A DNA stretch of 51,163 nt from an uncultured Methanosarcinales archaeon (GTDB taxonomy: Archaea > Nanobdellota > Nanobdellia > Woesearchaeales > JABMPP01): the NCBI GenBank assembly GCA_964604995.1, contig CAZSAD010000007.1, positions 1 through 51,163 on the forward strand, read 5' to 3'. The notes under the pieces are model-generated. The model did no database searches and was not told the DNA's origin. It saw only the letters and a program-made list of their open reading frames with translations. This document shows positions 40,236 through 50,078 of the stretch, piece by piece; position 1 is the first letter of the stretch; each line of letters starts with the position of its first letter. A program made the position numbers and the translations under genes.

Positions 40236-40847
40236 TTATTTTTCTTTTCGTTGTTTTCTATTTATATAATTATTAATTACAATTACCATTACAATTACAT
40301 TGACCATGTTTCCAATAAACATTGTAAACAATGCCATTTGTTTATCAAGTCCCATTGGGCAAATATCCCCATAACCAACTGTAAAATATGTAACAGCTGA
40401 GAAATAAAGATATGAATCTGATCTTGCTGGATCTGTTTTTATTAAAGTTTTATCAAATGTGTCTTGACATTGACCATATTTCAAATAACCCATTTCAAGT
40501 TGATGTTCTATTATGCTAAAACCAAATGATAATAAAAGTAATACACCAATAACAAATAAAATGTAACTATAAGCTAAACTCCAAATTGTTCTTGCATTAA
40601 GTAATTTATGAAAACTATTTTTTACTAATTTAATTATTAACAAGATAATATATACAAACAAGGACATAATTCCTGTAATAAAAATACTTGCAGGAATACT
40701 TGCAACAGTTTCTGGAAAAACATTGTTTAAAATAGTAAGTCCAATAAGCACAAATAGAATAGTTATAAATTTTAATAAGGGTTTATCAAGTAAAAAATTT
40801 AATGTTTTTATTAATCCTTCTTTTACCCACTCTTTAAATTTAACCAT
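40236..40847 (-). CDS. potassium channel pore-domain protein
   Basis: LYFSAVTYFTVGYGDICP selectivity filter flanked by TM helices; no RCK domain. Confidence 0.92.
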   Translation of the reverse strand: MVKFKEWVKEGLIKTLNFLLDKPLLKFITILFVLIGLTILNNVFPETVASIPASIFITGIMSLFVYIILLIIKLVKNSFHKLLNARTIWSLAYSYILFVIGVLLLLSFGFSIIEHQLEMGYLKYGQCQDTFDKTLIKTDPARSDSYLYFSAVTYFTVGYGDICPMGLDKQMALFTMFIGNMVNVIVMVIVINNYINRKQRKEK

Positions 40848-41182
40848 AAATAAGATATAGTGAACAACTTTTATTTAAATATTTGTCAAATAATAATTTA
40901 AGTCCAATAAATAATTTTTTCTAAACTTTGTTTATATTCTGTGCCTAATTTAATGAGGGATCTAATAACTGCATTTTTCAATAAATCATTTTACTCCAAA
41001 AAATATTTAAACTAATAAATAAATGAAAAACAGATTTTTGTGGAACGTAAGGATAAAATATTCAAAGATAACATTCTTTTAACGAAGCTCCCCAATGGGG
41101 ATTATAAAATTATGCAATATGTTAAAATAGATACACCTTCTAAAAAATAAATTCCAACCCTCCATAATTTAGAATCTACAAT

Positions 41183-42688
41183 TCAAATAAATTTATGGTC
41201 ATTAAGATATTCAATAAATTTTTCAACTGATTCTAGTGCATGCTTCAAATCTTCAAATGAAATATTTTTTTCGCCAACAAAATTTTGCTGCATTTTTAAA
41301 ACAAGTTCTAATTCGTGTTTATTTGGATAATCTTGTTTTTGTAGTAAATCATTAACATTCGATTGTGTATCGTTTTCTTTTAGCCTTAAAGCATGTTCCA
41401 ATGCATCATGAATAATGGGTAAGATAGAATTAGCTGCTTTTTTTGAATCCGAAATAAATTTTTGAGGATTAAATTTTATTGTTTTGTCATTATTCATAAC
41501 CCCATTAACTTCAATGTGCTCTTTGATTTGAATTTCATTTTTATTTTCATCGAATAAAATATCTATTTCTTCATGTTTAGTTATCCCTTCATGTTTAATA
41601 TCCTCTTCAACTATCTCTTTTGAAATCTCTTTAGAAACTGAATCGTTTATTTGCTCAGGTGCAAATTTTATTAATGGTTTAACATTTAAAATGTAAAATT
41701 TATTGTAATATGCCCACTCAATTTCTTGAGGTGCTCCAAAAAAATTCTCAATTTGTTTACCAAATATTGCAAGTTCAGAAATTTCACTGTCAACTAAAGG
41801 ATTCCTATTTGGAAGTTCAGTTATATCTTCTTCAATATATTTTGCATCATCTTCATCAAAAACAAATCTTTGGTCTTGTTGCCTTAACTGTTTACTTTTT
41901 ATTTGCAAAGTATCAGTATCAATAACATATTCACTAGTTACAGCTAATTTACCATCTGGACTTTTTATTAGTCCTAAGCACGCTTTTATAGAAGCCAAAT
42001 TTGAATCTGTTTCCAAAGTAGTTACAAGAATTCCTGATTTTCTAATAGGAAGCATTCTTTGTACAATAACTGACATTGAACAAAATAACTGATTGATATT
42101 CTTCTTTGCTCTATATTCAACTGCATTTGCAGTAAAAAGTGATGCCCAGCTTGCTTGCACTGCACGAATTAATAATTTATCCCCTTTAATATTTAAAAAA
42201 CTCAGATGCAAATCTTCAGAATCCCTATCAAAATTATAACCTGGAACAGGATCATTTCTTATAGCAACTAAAATATCTCTAGCTTTAGTATTTAAAAAAT
42301 CTTTAACTCGACTTTGGTTCATATCTAAACTTTTGTATGCTTCAATAATTTCATTTTTTAACTCAATAGGTAGTTCAGTCATAACTATCAATCGCTGAAC
42401 CTCATTTGCCCTAGCTTGTACTTCGTGACGATCATTTACGTCAATATTTTGCATTAAAATACGAATATTATCTTTAATTTGTGTTTTTTCTAAGAATAAA
42501 TTGTAAACTTTAGCAGGAATGATAAATCCATGAGGTATTGGAAAACCATTACTGTATAAAAGAGCAATTCTTTTACTTTTATCGCCCAAAAATGGGTTTA
42601 TTGTTTTGTCAATATGCTTAAACCACAATATATTGTCTTCCATAGGAAGGTTATAGATTAAGTAGTTTATAGATTTTTCTAAAAACAT
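41183..42688 (-). CDS. degenerate PEP synthase/PPDK N-terminal ATP-grasp domain protein (start probably MEDNIL, 42643)
   Basis: ILWF, GFPIPHGF, WASLFTANA, VIVQRM..KSG, PQEIEWA. No phospho-His or PEP-binding domain. Confidence 0.8.
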   Translation of the reverse strand: MFLEKSINYLIYNLPMEDNILWFKHIDKTINPFLGDKSKRIALLYSNGFPIPHGFIIPAKVYNLFLEKTQIKDNIRILMQNIDVNDRHEVQARANEVQRLIVMTELPIELKNEIIEAYKSLDMNQSRVKDFLNTKARDILVAIRNDPVPGYNFDRDSEDLHLSFLNIKGDKLLIRAVQASWASLFTANAVEYRAKKNINQLFCSMSVIVQRMLPIRKSGILVTTLETDSNLASIKACLGLIKSPDGKLAVTSEYVIDTDTLQIKSKQLRQQDQRFVFDEDDAKYIEEDITELPNRNPLVDSEISELAIFGKQIENFFGAPQEIEWAYYNKFYILNVKPLIKFAPEQINDSVSKEISKEIVEEDIKHEGITKHEEIDILFDENKNEIQIKEHIEVNGVMNNDKTIKFNPQKFISDSKKAANSILPIIHDALEHALRLKENDTQSNVNDLLQKQDYPNKHELELVLKMQQNFVGEKNISFEDLKHALESVEKFIEYLNDHKFI

Positions 42689-42763
42689 TTAGGCATAACG
42701 TTTGGTCCACGATAAAGAGGGATAAAGAACCTCCCGTCATGCCAAATGAATAGGAAATAGGAT

Positions 42764-43651
42764 TTATGCTGCTTCAGATTGTGATTCCCCCCCAGAATCT
42801 TCCCCATCATTATTACTATCATTATTACTATTATTATTTTCAATTACTTCTTCGCTTGCAATATTTTCAAGCTGAGAAGTATTTTCAGATGTTTCTTGAT
42901 CTAAAAATTGAATTAAAGAAGAATCATCAACTAAATAGATGATAGATTCCCTCAAATTTTCCATGCTTACAATGTCTCTTAAATTTTTAATTATGATATA
43001 TCCATCTTTGGAGTGATTATCAGGAATATTTGTTTGTTCATTTCTTATAATGTTATAAACTTTTTTGAGTTTAACTTTTTGGGCTGCAACTTTTGCATTT
43101 TCTGGTTCATCATCAATGTAAATTGTTCTTTGTCTTGGAAAATTCATTTTTACAAGTATTTTCTCAAAACTTTTTGGATCTTTTTTGCTGCCAATATCAA
43201 ATGAGCTAAAATATCCTGAAATATAATCATCTAATGTTTTACCATCATACATTTTTAATGATTCAAAAAGAGGTTTTAATGATTTTTTCAAACCCATACT
43301 ATAAACAACTACTTTATGGCCCTTCTCAACAAGTTCTTTTATGGCCATAGCTGCATCATAATGTATATCAAAAAAGAATTTTCCTTTTTTTGTAGCATAT
43401 GCTCCAACTTCATCTTGAATTTTAAGATATTTATCATCAGATGGATTAGTTTGTTGCAATTTTATTCCATCGTTTATTTTCTTTTCAGCAATATTTTTTG
43501 ACAGGCCTAAATTTTGATAATATTCTGTCCCATACACTACAAAAGCTTTGCTAAAGTCTTTTCTGAATGAATCGCTTTTTACTAAAGTTCCACTTACATC
43601 AAAGATATACAAATTATTCTTTTTTTCAGTTGTTTGACTAATCTTCGACAT
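42764..43651 (-). CDS. HAD-superfamily hydrolase (enolase-phosphatase E1-like)
   Basis: FDVSGT motif I, VYSMG motif II, GSKK motif III, YIDD motif IV; acidic Asn-rich tail. Confidence 0.75.
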   Translation of the reverse strand: MSKISQTTEKKNNLYIFDVSGTLVKSDSFRKDFSKAFVVYGTEYYQNLGLSKNIAEKKINDGIKLQQTNPSDDKYLKIQDEVGAYATKKGKFFFDIHYDAAMAIKELVEKGHKVVVYSMGLKKSLKPLFESLKMYDGKTLDDYISGYFSSFDIGSKKDPKSFEKILVKMNFPRQRTIYIDDEPENAKVAAQKVKLKKVYNIIRNEQTNIPDNHSKDGYIIIKNLRDIVSMENLRESIIYLVDDSSLIQFLDQETSENTSQLENIASEEVIENNNSNNDSNNDGEDSGGESQSEAA

Positions 43652-43663
43652 GACATTAACTCC

Positions 43664-44674
43664 TTAGCTCATAGCAACAAGAGCCATTGCATTTGACCAG
43701 CCTAAAGGTGAATTTTCATTATGGGTATTGGTATTACCGTAATATAATTCTGGCAATTCACCTTGCCTATTCATTGAATTTTTTGTTAGATTTGTGTAAT
43801 ATTTGAATTTAGATACATTTCCTAAATCCTTGTAAATTTTTGCAAGCCAAGGAAATCCCATTGTCCACTCTGCTTCCAAACCATTGCTATAGTAAGGATC
43901 ACCAAAATATCTGATTACTCCTTTTTCTTTAACCAAATACTTTTCGATATTTGTAAGAATTGCAATTCTTTGTGCAGATGTAACAATATTGTAAGGATAA
44001 ATCAAGGAAAGCAATGCAAGATCCGTATGTTTAGTTGCTGATTCATTTGGTAATAGATCTGCAAGTATTTGTAATCCATTATCAACTAAGTATTGTGGAA
44101 CTTCAACATACTTAGAAATGGCTTTTAATCCAGCTACGCATGCACCAACAGATGAAGCATGAACTTCTTCATAATTTTCCCATATTCCATGGTCTTTATC
44201 ATGCCAATATTCAATTGATCCTAAATAGTAAACTAACTTTTGTAAAATTCTTAAATCATTTTTGTCCCTAATAATCCTAATTTCTTGATTTAATAAATCA
44301 GCAACTTTAAACAAAAATGCACCAACTGCATCATTTTGTTTGTTTCCCCATTCCTCATGAAATTCAGTGTAATTAAAAGGATCATATCTTGCATGAATGT
44401 ATTGATACGCATGAGTGGGTTTATGATTTATTGCATAGTCAATTTTGTATTCATGTTTTAAAAGAATATCAAATAATGCAGCATATGTTTTCTTTAAAGA
44501 TCCAATATCTTGGATATGTTCAAATGCTAAAGACTCATAGATATTATCTCTAAGCCATGCTTTATTGTATCCTGTACTAACAGTTATTTTAGAAGCTGCA
44601 AATAGGCCTGTTGGATATTGCAGTGCTTTTAATTGTTTTATTAGATTTTTTTTAAGCATTGCTTTGATTACCAT
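43664..44674 (-). CDS. glycoside hydrolase family 15 (glucoamylase/phosphorylase-kinase-like)
   Basis: AWLRD, NKQND, DHGIWE..EE.HASS, GVIRYFGDPY, LPELY, PLGWS. ATG 44674 with GGGGGA SD. Confidence 0.88.
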   Translation of the reverse strand: MVIKAMLKKNLIKQLKALQYPTGLFAASKITVSTGYNKAWLRDNIYESLAFEHIQDIGSLKKTYAALFDILLKHEYKIDYAINHKPTHAYQYIHARYDPFNYTEFHEEWGNKQNDAVGAFLFKVADLLNQEIRIIRDKNDLRILQKLVYYLGSIEYWHDKDHGIWENYEEVHASSVGACVAGLKAISKYVEVPQYLVDNGLQILADLLPNESATKHTDLALLSLIYPYNIVTSAQRIAILTNIEKYLVKEKGVIRYFGDPYYSNGLEAEWTMGFPWLAKIYKDLGNVSKFKYYTNLTKNSMNRQGELPELYYGNTNTHNENSPLGWSNAMALVAMS

Positions 44675-44836
44675 TTTATCCCCCCAAATGAATATGTTAT
44701 TACTAAACAGTAATACATAAGAACTAATATATAAATCTTTCGCTACTATCAAGTGATTATATATAATTCATGTATGAAAACAATTATTTATTTGAGAAAT
44801 CAAACCTTAGGAATAGTGATAAAAATCACTAAAAAT

Positions 44837-45883
44837 TTAATTACCAAACTTATTTTTATTTGCTTTCATTATTTTAACTAAATGTAACATAACAGGAACT
44901 TCAGTTAAAACACCAACAACTGTTGCAAGTGTTGCTCCTGAATTCATGCCAAATAATATAAGTGCTACAGCAACAGAAAGTTCAAAAAAATTGCTTGCTC
45001 CAATAAATGCTGAAGGAGCCGCCTCATTGTAAGGTATGTTCAGTTTTTTTGCGCCAAAATATCCAATATAAAATATTAAATAAGTTTGCAATATTAGTGG
45101 AATTGCTATTAACAATATATGTAAAGGATAATGTATTATTTTATCTCCTTGAAAAATGAATAATAATACCAAAGTTACAAGTAATCCAGCTGGAGTTATC
45201 CATTCAATTTTCTTAATAAATTTTGTATTAAACCATTCTTCTCCTTTTTTCTTGATTAAAATATAACGAGTTAATCCTGCAAATAACAATGGAATTGCAA
45301 CATAGAATAATACTGAAAAAAATATTGTATCGAATGGTACTGGAAAGTTTGTTGTAACTCCAAGTAAAAATTTTCCTAGTGGTGCGAATAAAACAAGTAT
45401 GACTAAATCATTGATTGCTACTTGAATTAAAGCATAATTAATATTTGATTTTGCAAGATATGTCCAAACTAAAACCATTGCAGTGCATGGTGCAAGTCCC
45501 AAAAGTATCATCCCTGCAATATATTCTGTTTGAAGATTTAAGGGGATTAGATTTGAAAAGAAAACTCTCATGAATAACCAAGCAATAAATGCCATTGTAA
45601 ATGGTTTAATAGCCCAATTTACAACAAGTGTCAACCATAATGGCTTTTGATTATTCTTTACTTTTGCTATTTCCTTAAAACTAATTTTAAGCATAATTGG
45701 ATACATCATAATCAAAAGAACTATCGCAACAGGAATAGAGACATTAGCTATTTCAAAGCTATTCAAAACACTTGGAAGAATAGGAAAAAAGTATCCAATC
45801 ACAGTTCCAAGAATAATACAAATTGCAACCCAAAGCGATAAATATTTACTAAAAAAATCCAATTCTCTTTTTTCTTTTTCCAT
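44837..45883 (-). CDS. acr3: Acr3 arsenite efflux transporter
   Basis: YLSLWV, MMYP, NWAIKPFTM, APCTAMV, ASNFFELSVAVA, GVLTEVPVM. Confidence 0.96.
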   Translation of the reverse strand: MEKEKRELDFFSKYLSLWVAICIILGTVIGYFFPILPSVLNSFEIANVSIPVAIVLLIMMYPIMLKISFKEIAKVKNNQKPLWLTLVVNWAIKPFTMAFIAWLFMRVFFSNLIPLNLQTEYIAGMILLGLAPCTAMVLVWTYLAKSNINYALIQVAINDLVILVLFAPLGKFLLGVTTNFPVPFDTIFFSVLFYVAIPLLFAGLTRYILIKKKGEEWFNTKFIKKIEWITPAGLLVTLVLLFIFQGDKIIHYPLHILLIAIPLILQTYLIFYIGYFGAKKLNIPYNEAAPSAFIGASNFFELSVAVALILFGMNSGATLATVVGVLTEVPVMLHLVKIMKANKNKFGN

Positions 45884-45954
45884 TTTATATAAGTTATTTT
45901 ATGCTGTATGGATAATAAGATCAGCTATGCTTAAAGTATATAAATAAATGGATT

Positions 45955-47064
45955 TTATCCATTGAAATTATTTCCATTATATTTTTTAGATTGTTTATGC
46001 ATTAATTCATTAAATTCTGCAAATAACTCTTTTTTCATGAATCTTTTTTCTATTGCTTCATTAGGTAACTTAAACAATGAGGGAACCATGACTAAAAAAT
46101 TAGGGTCATCTTTGAGATATTTCTCTGCTGCGATATATCCTAAAAAATGTGCACTGAAATGTGAGGTATCTTGAATTTTATTTATTTCATTCGAAGAAAT
46201 ACTAAACTTTACAGGTAAAATCCCCATGTTTTGGATCATATCTAAAGAAACATACATACTTTTAAGGTAAGTTTTTGCATTGTCTAAATCAGTTTCTGTT
46301 AAGTCACTAGTTTTGTTTTGTTTTTGTAATCTTAAGGAGTTCAAATTTTTCAAAAAATAAATATGATTATCTTTAAATAGTTCAATAGAGGTATTAAAAT
46401 TGGAAATTGGTCTTCTTTTAGAAGAATTGTTTGCTAAAAGATTATACTTTTCAACAAAATCTGTATTGGGTAATGAGGTATATTTTTCAAGAGAATCTTT
46501 GATTAGTTTTAATAAATTATTAAAATTTCCAGTTTGTTTCAATTCATTTAACAAAATTGAAGATTGATTAGTAAGAGTTGATAAAACAGAATGGTATTTT
46601 TGCATATTATTTACCACATCTTCAAAAAAATTAGCATATAGATCGTAAACTGCTTGATTTTTAATATATTTACCATATTCACTTTCAAAAAATTGAGGAT
46701 TTGAAAATTCCCTTGGTTTATAATTTTGAAACAAATATTCAAATTCAGTACCTTTTGTTAGTTCCTTTCCAATTTCTTCACCTAATCTTCCAAAAAACTC
46801 TTGTACTCGATTATCTAACTCTTTACCATCGGAGGGCATTATATTTTCCCTAAATAAATGTGATATTTCTTCAAAATAAGCCACCCCCTCTCCAAAATTG
46901 GAAGAATCAATTAAGAGGGTATTTTTAGAGAGGTTATATGCTGAAGTACGAGAATTACTTGTTTCTAATTGAGGTTTATTTTTGATTTCAACTCCAAGAT
47001 AATTTTCAAATGTATTGATGCAATAATTTAATTCAAATATCACTTGTTTAGGTAATTGTTCCAT
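45955..47064 (-). CDS. hypothetical protein with zincin-like EExxH...E motif
   Basis: SAYN...LLI, YFEEISHL, VQEFFG, late HFLGY. Confidence 0.6.
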   Translation of the reverse strand: MEQLPKQVIFELNYCINTFENYLGVEIKNKPQLETSNSRTSAYNLSKNTLLIDSSNFGEGVAYFEEISHLFRENIMPSDGKELDNRVQEFFGRLGEEIGKELTKGTEFEYLFQNYKPREFSNPQFFESEYGKYIKNQAVYDLYANFFEDVVNNMQKYHSVLSTLTNQSSILLNELKQTGNFNNLLKLIKDSLEKYTSLPNTDFVEKYNLLANNSSKRRPISNFNTSIELFKDNHIYFLKNLNSLRLQKQNKTSDLTETDLDNAKTYLKSMYVSLDMIQNMGILPVKFSISSNEINKIQDTSHFSAHFLGYIAAEKYLKDDPNFLVMVPSLFKLPNEAIEKRFMKKELFAEFNELMHKQSKKYNGNNFNG

Positions 47065-47131
47065 TTTAATAATAAATAACTAATAAATAAGAACATATAA
47101 ATCTTTACTTTTTAATAGTAGTAACAATATT

Positions 47132-48256
47132 TTATTCCAATAAAGAGCGAGAAAGTCCATTTTTTACAAACATTCTTTGCACTCGTTTTTTTTGTTTGTC
47201 ATCAATGTAAAACCCAGTATTTACTGCATTTGCAGTCAGTTTTTGCATCTCTTCTTCCCCCCACCCATATTTAGTAAGTGTTTTATCAAACCCTTCAGTA
47301 AGTGATTGATGCATTAAATTACGGTCATCGGAACACAAAGAAATTTTTATTCTGTTTTCAAAAAGAATATCTGTCCCATCATCTTCAGTGCCACGAATGA
47401 TGGTATCTTCCCACGGATTGCGTTCAATCCTAATACCTTTTCCCCTTACAGCATCCATAAGTTTTTGGTCCATGTAAAGCAGTAGAGCATGCCCTAATCC
47501 ATCAGCTCTTAAATCATAAATACTTGTCCCTATATTTTTTATCTTTTGAAAAATAGTTTTTCCCATTTCCCCTGCATGAGGGTCACGTTTTATTTTTGAA
47601 TAAATAGTGGACATAAAAACACTCTTATAAATTTCAGGTGGAAAATCACGTTCATTACACGCAAGGTCAATTGCCGTTACTCCTTCTTCTTGAAATTTAA
47701 TTGCAAGGCATGCAATCTCAAATGCACTTTTCAAACTGTAACGTATATGACTTTCTCTTGGTATGCTTAATGTAAGATTCACTACAATTCCTGTTTCATT
47801 CATCCCTTTTTTTATCCCTTTTAGTGCACTTTTTACTGTTTCTTGAAGTTCCATTGGCTTGCCTGGATTTTTCTCATAAACTTCAGGTTTGTAAAAATAT
47901 GCAGGGTAAATTGAATGGTAACCTGGAGCAAAGCGAAGCTCTGCATAAAGGATATTTTCTTTTTTTAAGTCCAATACTTGCTGATAAGCAATTTCTTCTA
48001 AACCTTCAGGAGTTCTCATTGCAGCAATTGACCATGCAAACATTTTGAATACTTCATCAAGAGAGCGGCTTTTTCCTTCTTTGTCCTTAAAAGAATACAT
48101 CCTGCTTAGTTCTTCAACACTAGATGCAGGAAAATTTACTCTGTCTTTAAAATTAATTAGAATTTTTGGATTTACATCATCCATGTGTCGATGCAAATCT
48201 GCTTTTGGAAAAGCTTGTAAATCAGAATATTGAGAGGTCATGTTTGTTCCTTCCAC
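47132..48256 (-). CDS. add: adenosine/adenine deaminase family protein
   Basis: PKADLHRH, YAELRFAP, IDLA, HAGE, LGH, SDD. Confidence 0.88.
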   Translation of the reverse strand: MEGTNMTSQYSDLQAFPKADLHRHMDDVNPKILINFKDRVNFPASSVEELSRMYSFKDKEGKSRSLDEVFKMFAWSIAAMRTPEGLEEIAYQQVLDLKKENILYAELRFAPGYHSIYPAYFYKPEVYEKNPGKPMELQETVKSALKGIKKGMNETGIVVNLTLSIPRESHIRYSLKSAFEIACLAIKFQEEGVTAIDLACNERDFPPEIYKSVFMSTIYSKIKRDPHAGEMGKTIFQKIKNIGTSIYDLRADGLGHALLLYMDQKLMDAVRGKGIRIERNPWEDTIIRGTEDDGTDILFENRIKISLCSDDRNLMHQSLTEGFDKTLTKYGWGEEEMQKLTANAVNTGFYIDDKQKKRVQRMFVKNGLSRSLLE

Positions 48257-48344
48257 CTCTCAAATAAATGAAAATCTCCGGATTTATATAACCTACTAAA
48301 TTCAAGATATCATTGATATATCCATAGATGAGATATCAATAGAT

Positions 48345-49937
48345 TTATTTTTTATTCAATTCAAGAACAGTGATATTATACTCATCAACTTTAGTAAAAT
48401 ATTTAGTAGAGGAGATAAAATAATTAGCATCGATAAAATTTTTTATTTGGCCATAATCTTTATTATACTGCTCACTAGAAAAAATAATAACCATATTACT
48501 GCTACTAAAATTTTTAAATTCTTCATAAGTATGCACTGGATAAATGCCATTGTTTTTAGCACATTCTTCATAAGTTGGCATACTCAAACATGTTCTATTC
48601 ACATAGTAAAGTAGAGGTAAAGCTTCAAAACTATCAAAAACAATTATTTTTTTAGTAGTTGTTTTAGTAGTTGTATTTGTTGAATTAAAAAAATTTATTG
48701 CCTGGTCATTTGATGGATTATTAGCTAAATTTATAGAATAATTGCTTGCATCTTTCCAATTGTTTTTTAAAACATGATTATTCATCTGAATTGTTTCCCA
48801 TATTGAAAATGAGAGCAATAAAATAATAAAAACTGCTGCGTGTTCTTTTTTTATTTTTGAAATATGAAATGAAATTATGATGTAATAAGGAAATGAAAGC
48901 ATAAAAATATATTTTGCTGTAAAAATTGGATGTAATAAAAAAGACAGAATTATTGAAAATACAATTGGTAAAATTAACCAAGCATACAAAATGTTAATTG
49001 AGGGATTTTTATATTCTTTTTTAAATCGAATGATTTCGCCTATGAAAAAATATAATCCTAAAATCATTAACAATGTTCCAGCTAATGAAAAATACCCCCC
49101 AGATAAAAATGCATAAGGTAAAGTCGATACATCCACTATACTTTTTAGTGTAATCCACCTATAGGCCGAATCATTAATAATTTTTGGCAATTTTAATATC
49201 CAAGGCAACCACAATAAAATAATTAAAAATTGTAATAATATCCAATCTAAAACAAGCTTCAAAAATTGTTTTTTGTTTTTTCTTAATTTATTTAATAGAG
49301 GTATTAGATTTATATAAAAATAGTGTATATTTTGAGTTAGAAAAATAAACATTGCAAAGCCATGACTATACAACATTAATGCAGTTGCAATGATATACCC
49401 TAATTTGTCCAATCCAATTGTTAGGGATTGTTCTTTATTAGACATCTTGTTAAGTATTTTTATGTAAAAATACATTGAACATAAACTCAAAAACCAGAAT
49501 AAAATGTAAGGTCTTGCCTCTTGTGAAAAATAAATCTGCAAAGGCATAAATGTTGTTAGTAATGCTGTTAAAAGTGCTGCTTTTTGTCCAACTAATAGTT
49601 TTGCAACATTATAAGATATAATAATGCATAAAAGCCCAAATATTAAAGATAATGACCTAATCGCAGTTTCACTATCGCCAAAAAAATTCATCCAAAAGTG
49701 CAATAAAAGATTGTATAAAGGGGGCGTTGGATCATTTATATTTAATATCCCCACAACACTTTGTTTAGCAAAATAAACTGAAAATCCTTCATCAAGCCAA
49801 ATACTTTGTGTATTTATACTGTAAAACCTTAATCCTACACCAATTATTAATAAAATTGTAAGTAATAAAATAACTTGCTTTTTTGAAAATGTTTTTTTGA
49901 AATTAAACATCATTGAATACCCCAATACTTTTTTCAT
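48345..49937 (-). CDS. GT-C membrane glycosyltransferase (PMT/ArnT-like)
   Basis: LRF, SIWLDE, PPLY, SETAIRSLS, SQEARPY; many TM helices. Confidence 0.9.
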   Translation of the reverse strand: MKKVLGYSMMFNFKKTFSKKQVILLLTILLIIGVGLRFYSINTQSIWLDEGFSVYFAKQSVVGILNINDPTPPLYNLLLHFWMNFFGDSETAIRSLSLIFGLLCIIISYNVAKLLVGQKAALLTALLTTFMPLQIYFSQEARPYILFWFLSLCSMYFYIKILNKMSNKEQSLTIGLDKLGYIIATALMLYSHGFAMFIFLTQNIHYFYINLIPLLNKLRKNKKQFLKLVLDWILLQFLIILLWLPWILKLPKIINDSAYRWITLKSIVDVSTLPYAFLSGGYFSLAGTLLMILGLYFFIGEIIRFKKEYKNPSINILYAWLILPIVFSIILSFLLHPIFTAKYIFMLSFPYYIIISFHISKIKKEHAAVFIILLLSFSIWETIQMNNHVLKNNWKDASNYSINLANNPSNDQAINFFNSTNTTTKTTTKKIIVFDSFEALPLLYYVNRTCLSMPTYEECAKNNGIYPVHTYEEFKNFSSSNMVIIFSSEQYNKDYGQIKNFIDANYFISSTKYFTKVDEYNITVLELNKK

Positions 49938-50078
49938 AGAAACTTACGTTTTATTACCCAAAGTATTGACAATTACAAAGTATTAAAGTTATATTAAGGT
50001 ATGTTTTAAAAAAATGTAATAACTAAATAGTGGTAAATAATAGGAATCTTTATAAACAAAAAACAATTCATTTTAGTT

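Noticed and set aside
40953..41150. Possible fragmented small ORF between K+ channel and PPS-like genes
   Set aside because: Short open segments broken by stops, no recognisable homology; cannot be supported as gene or pseudogene.
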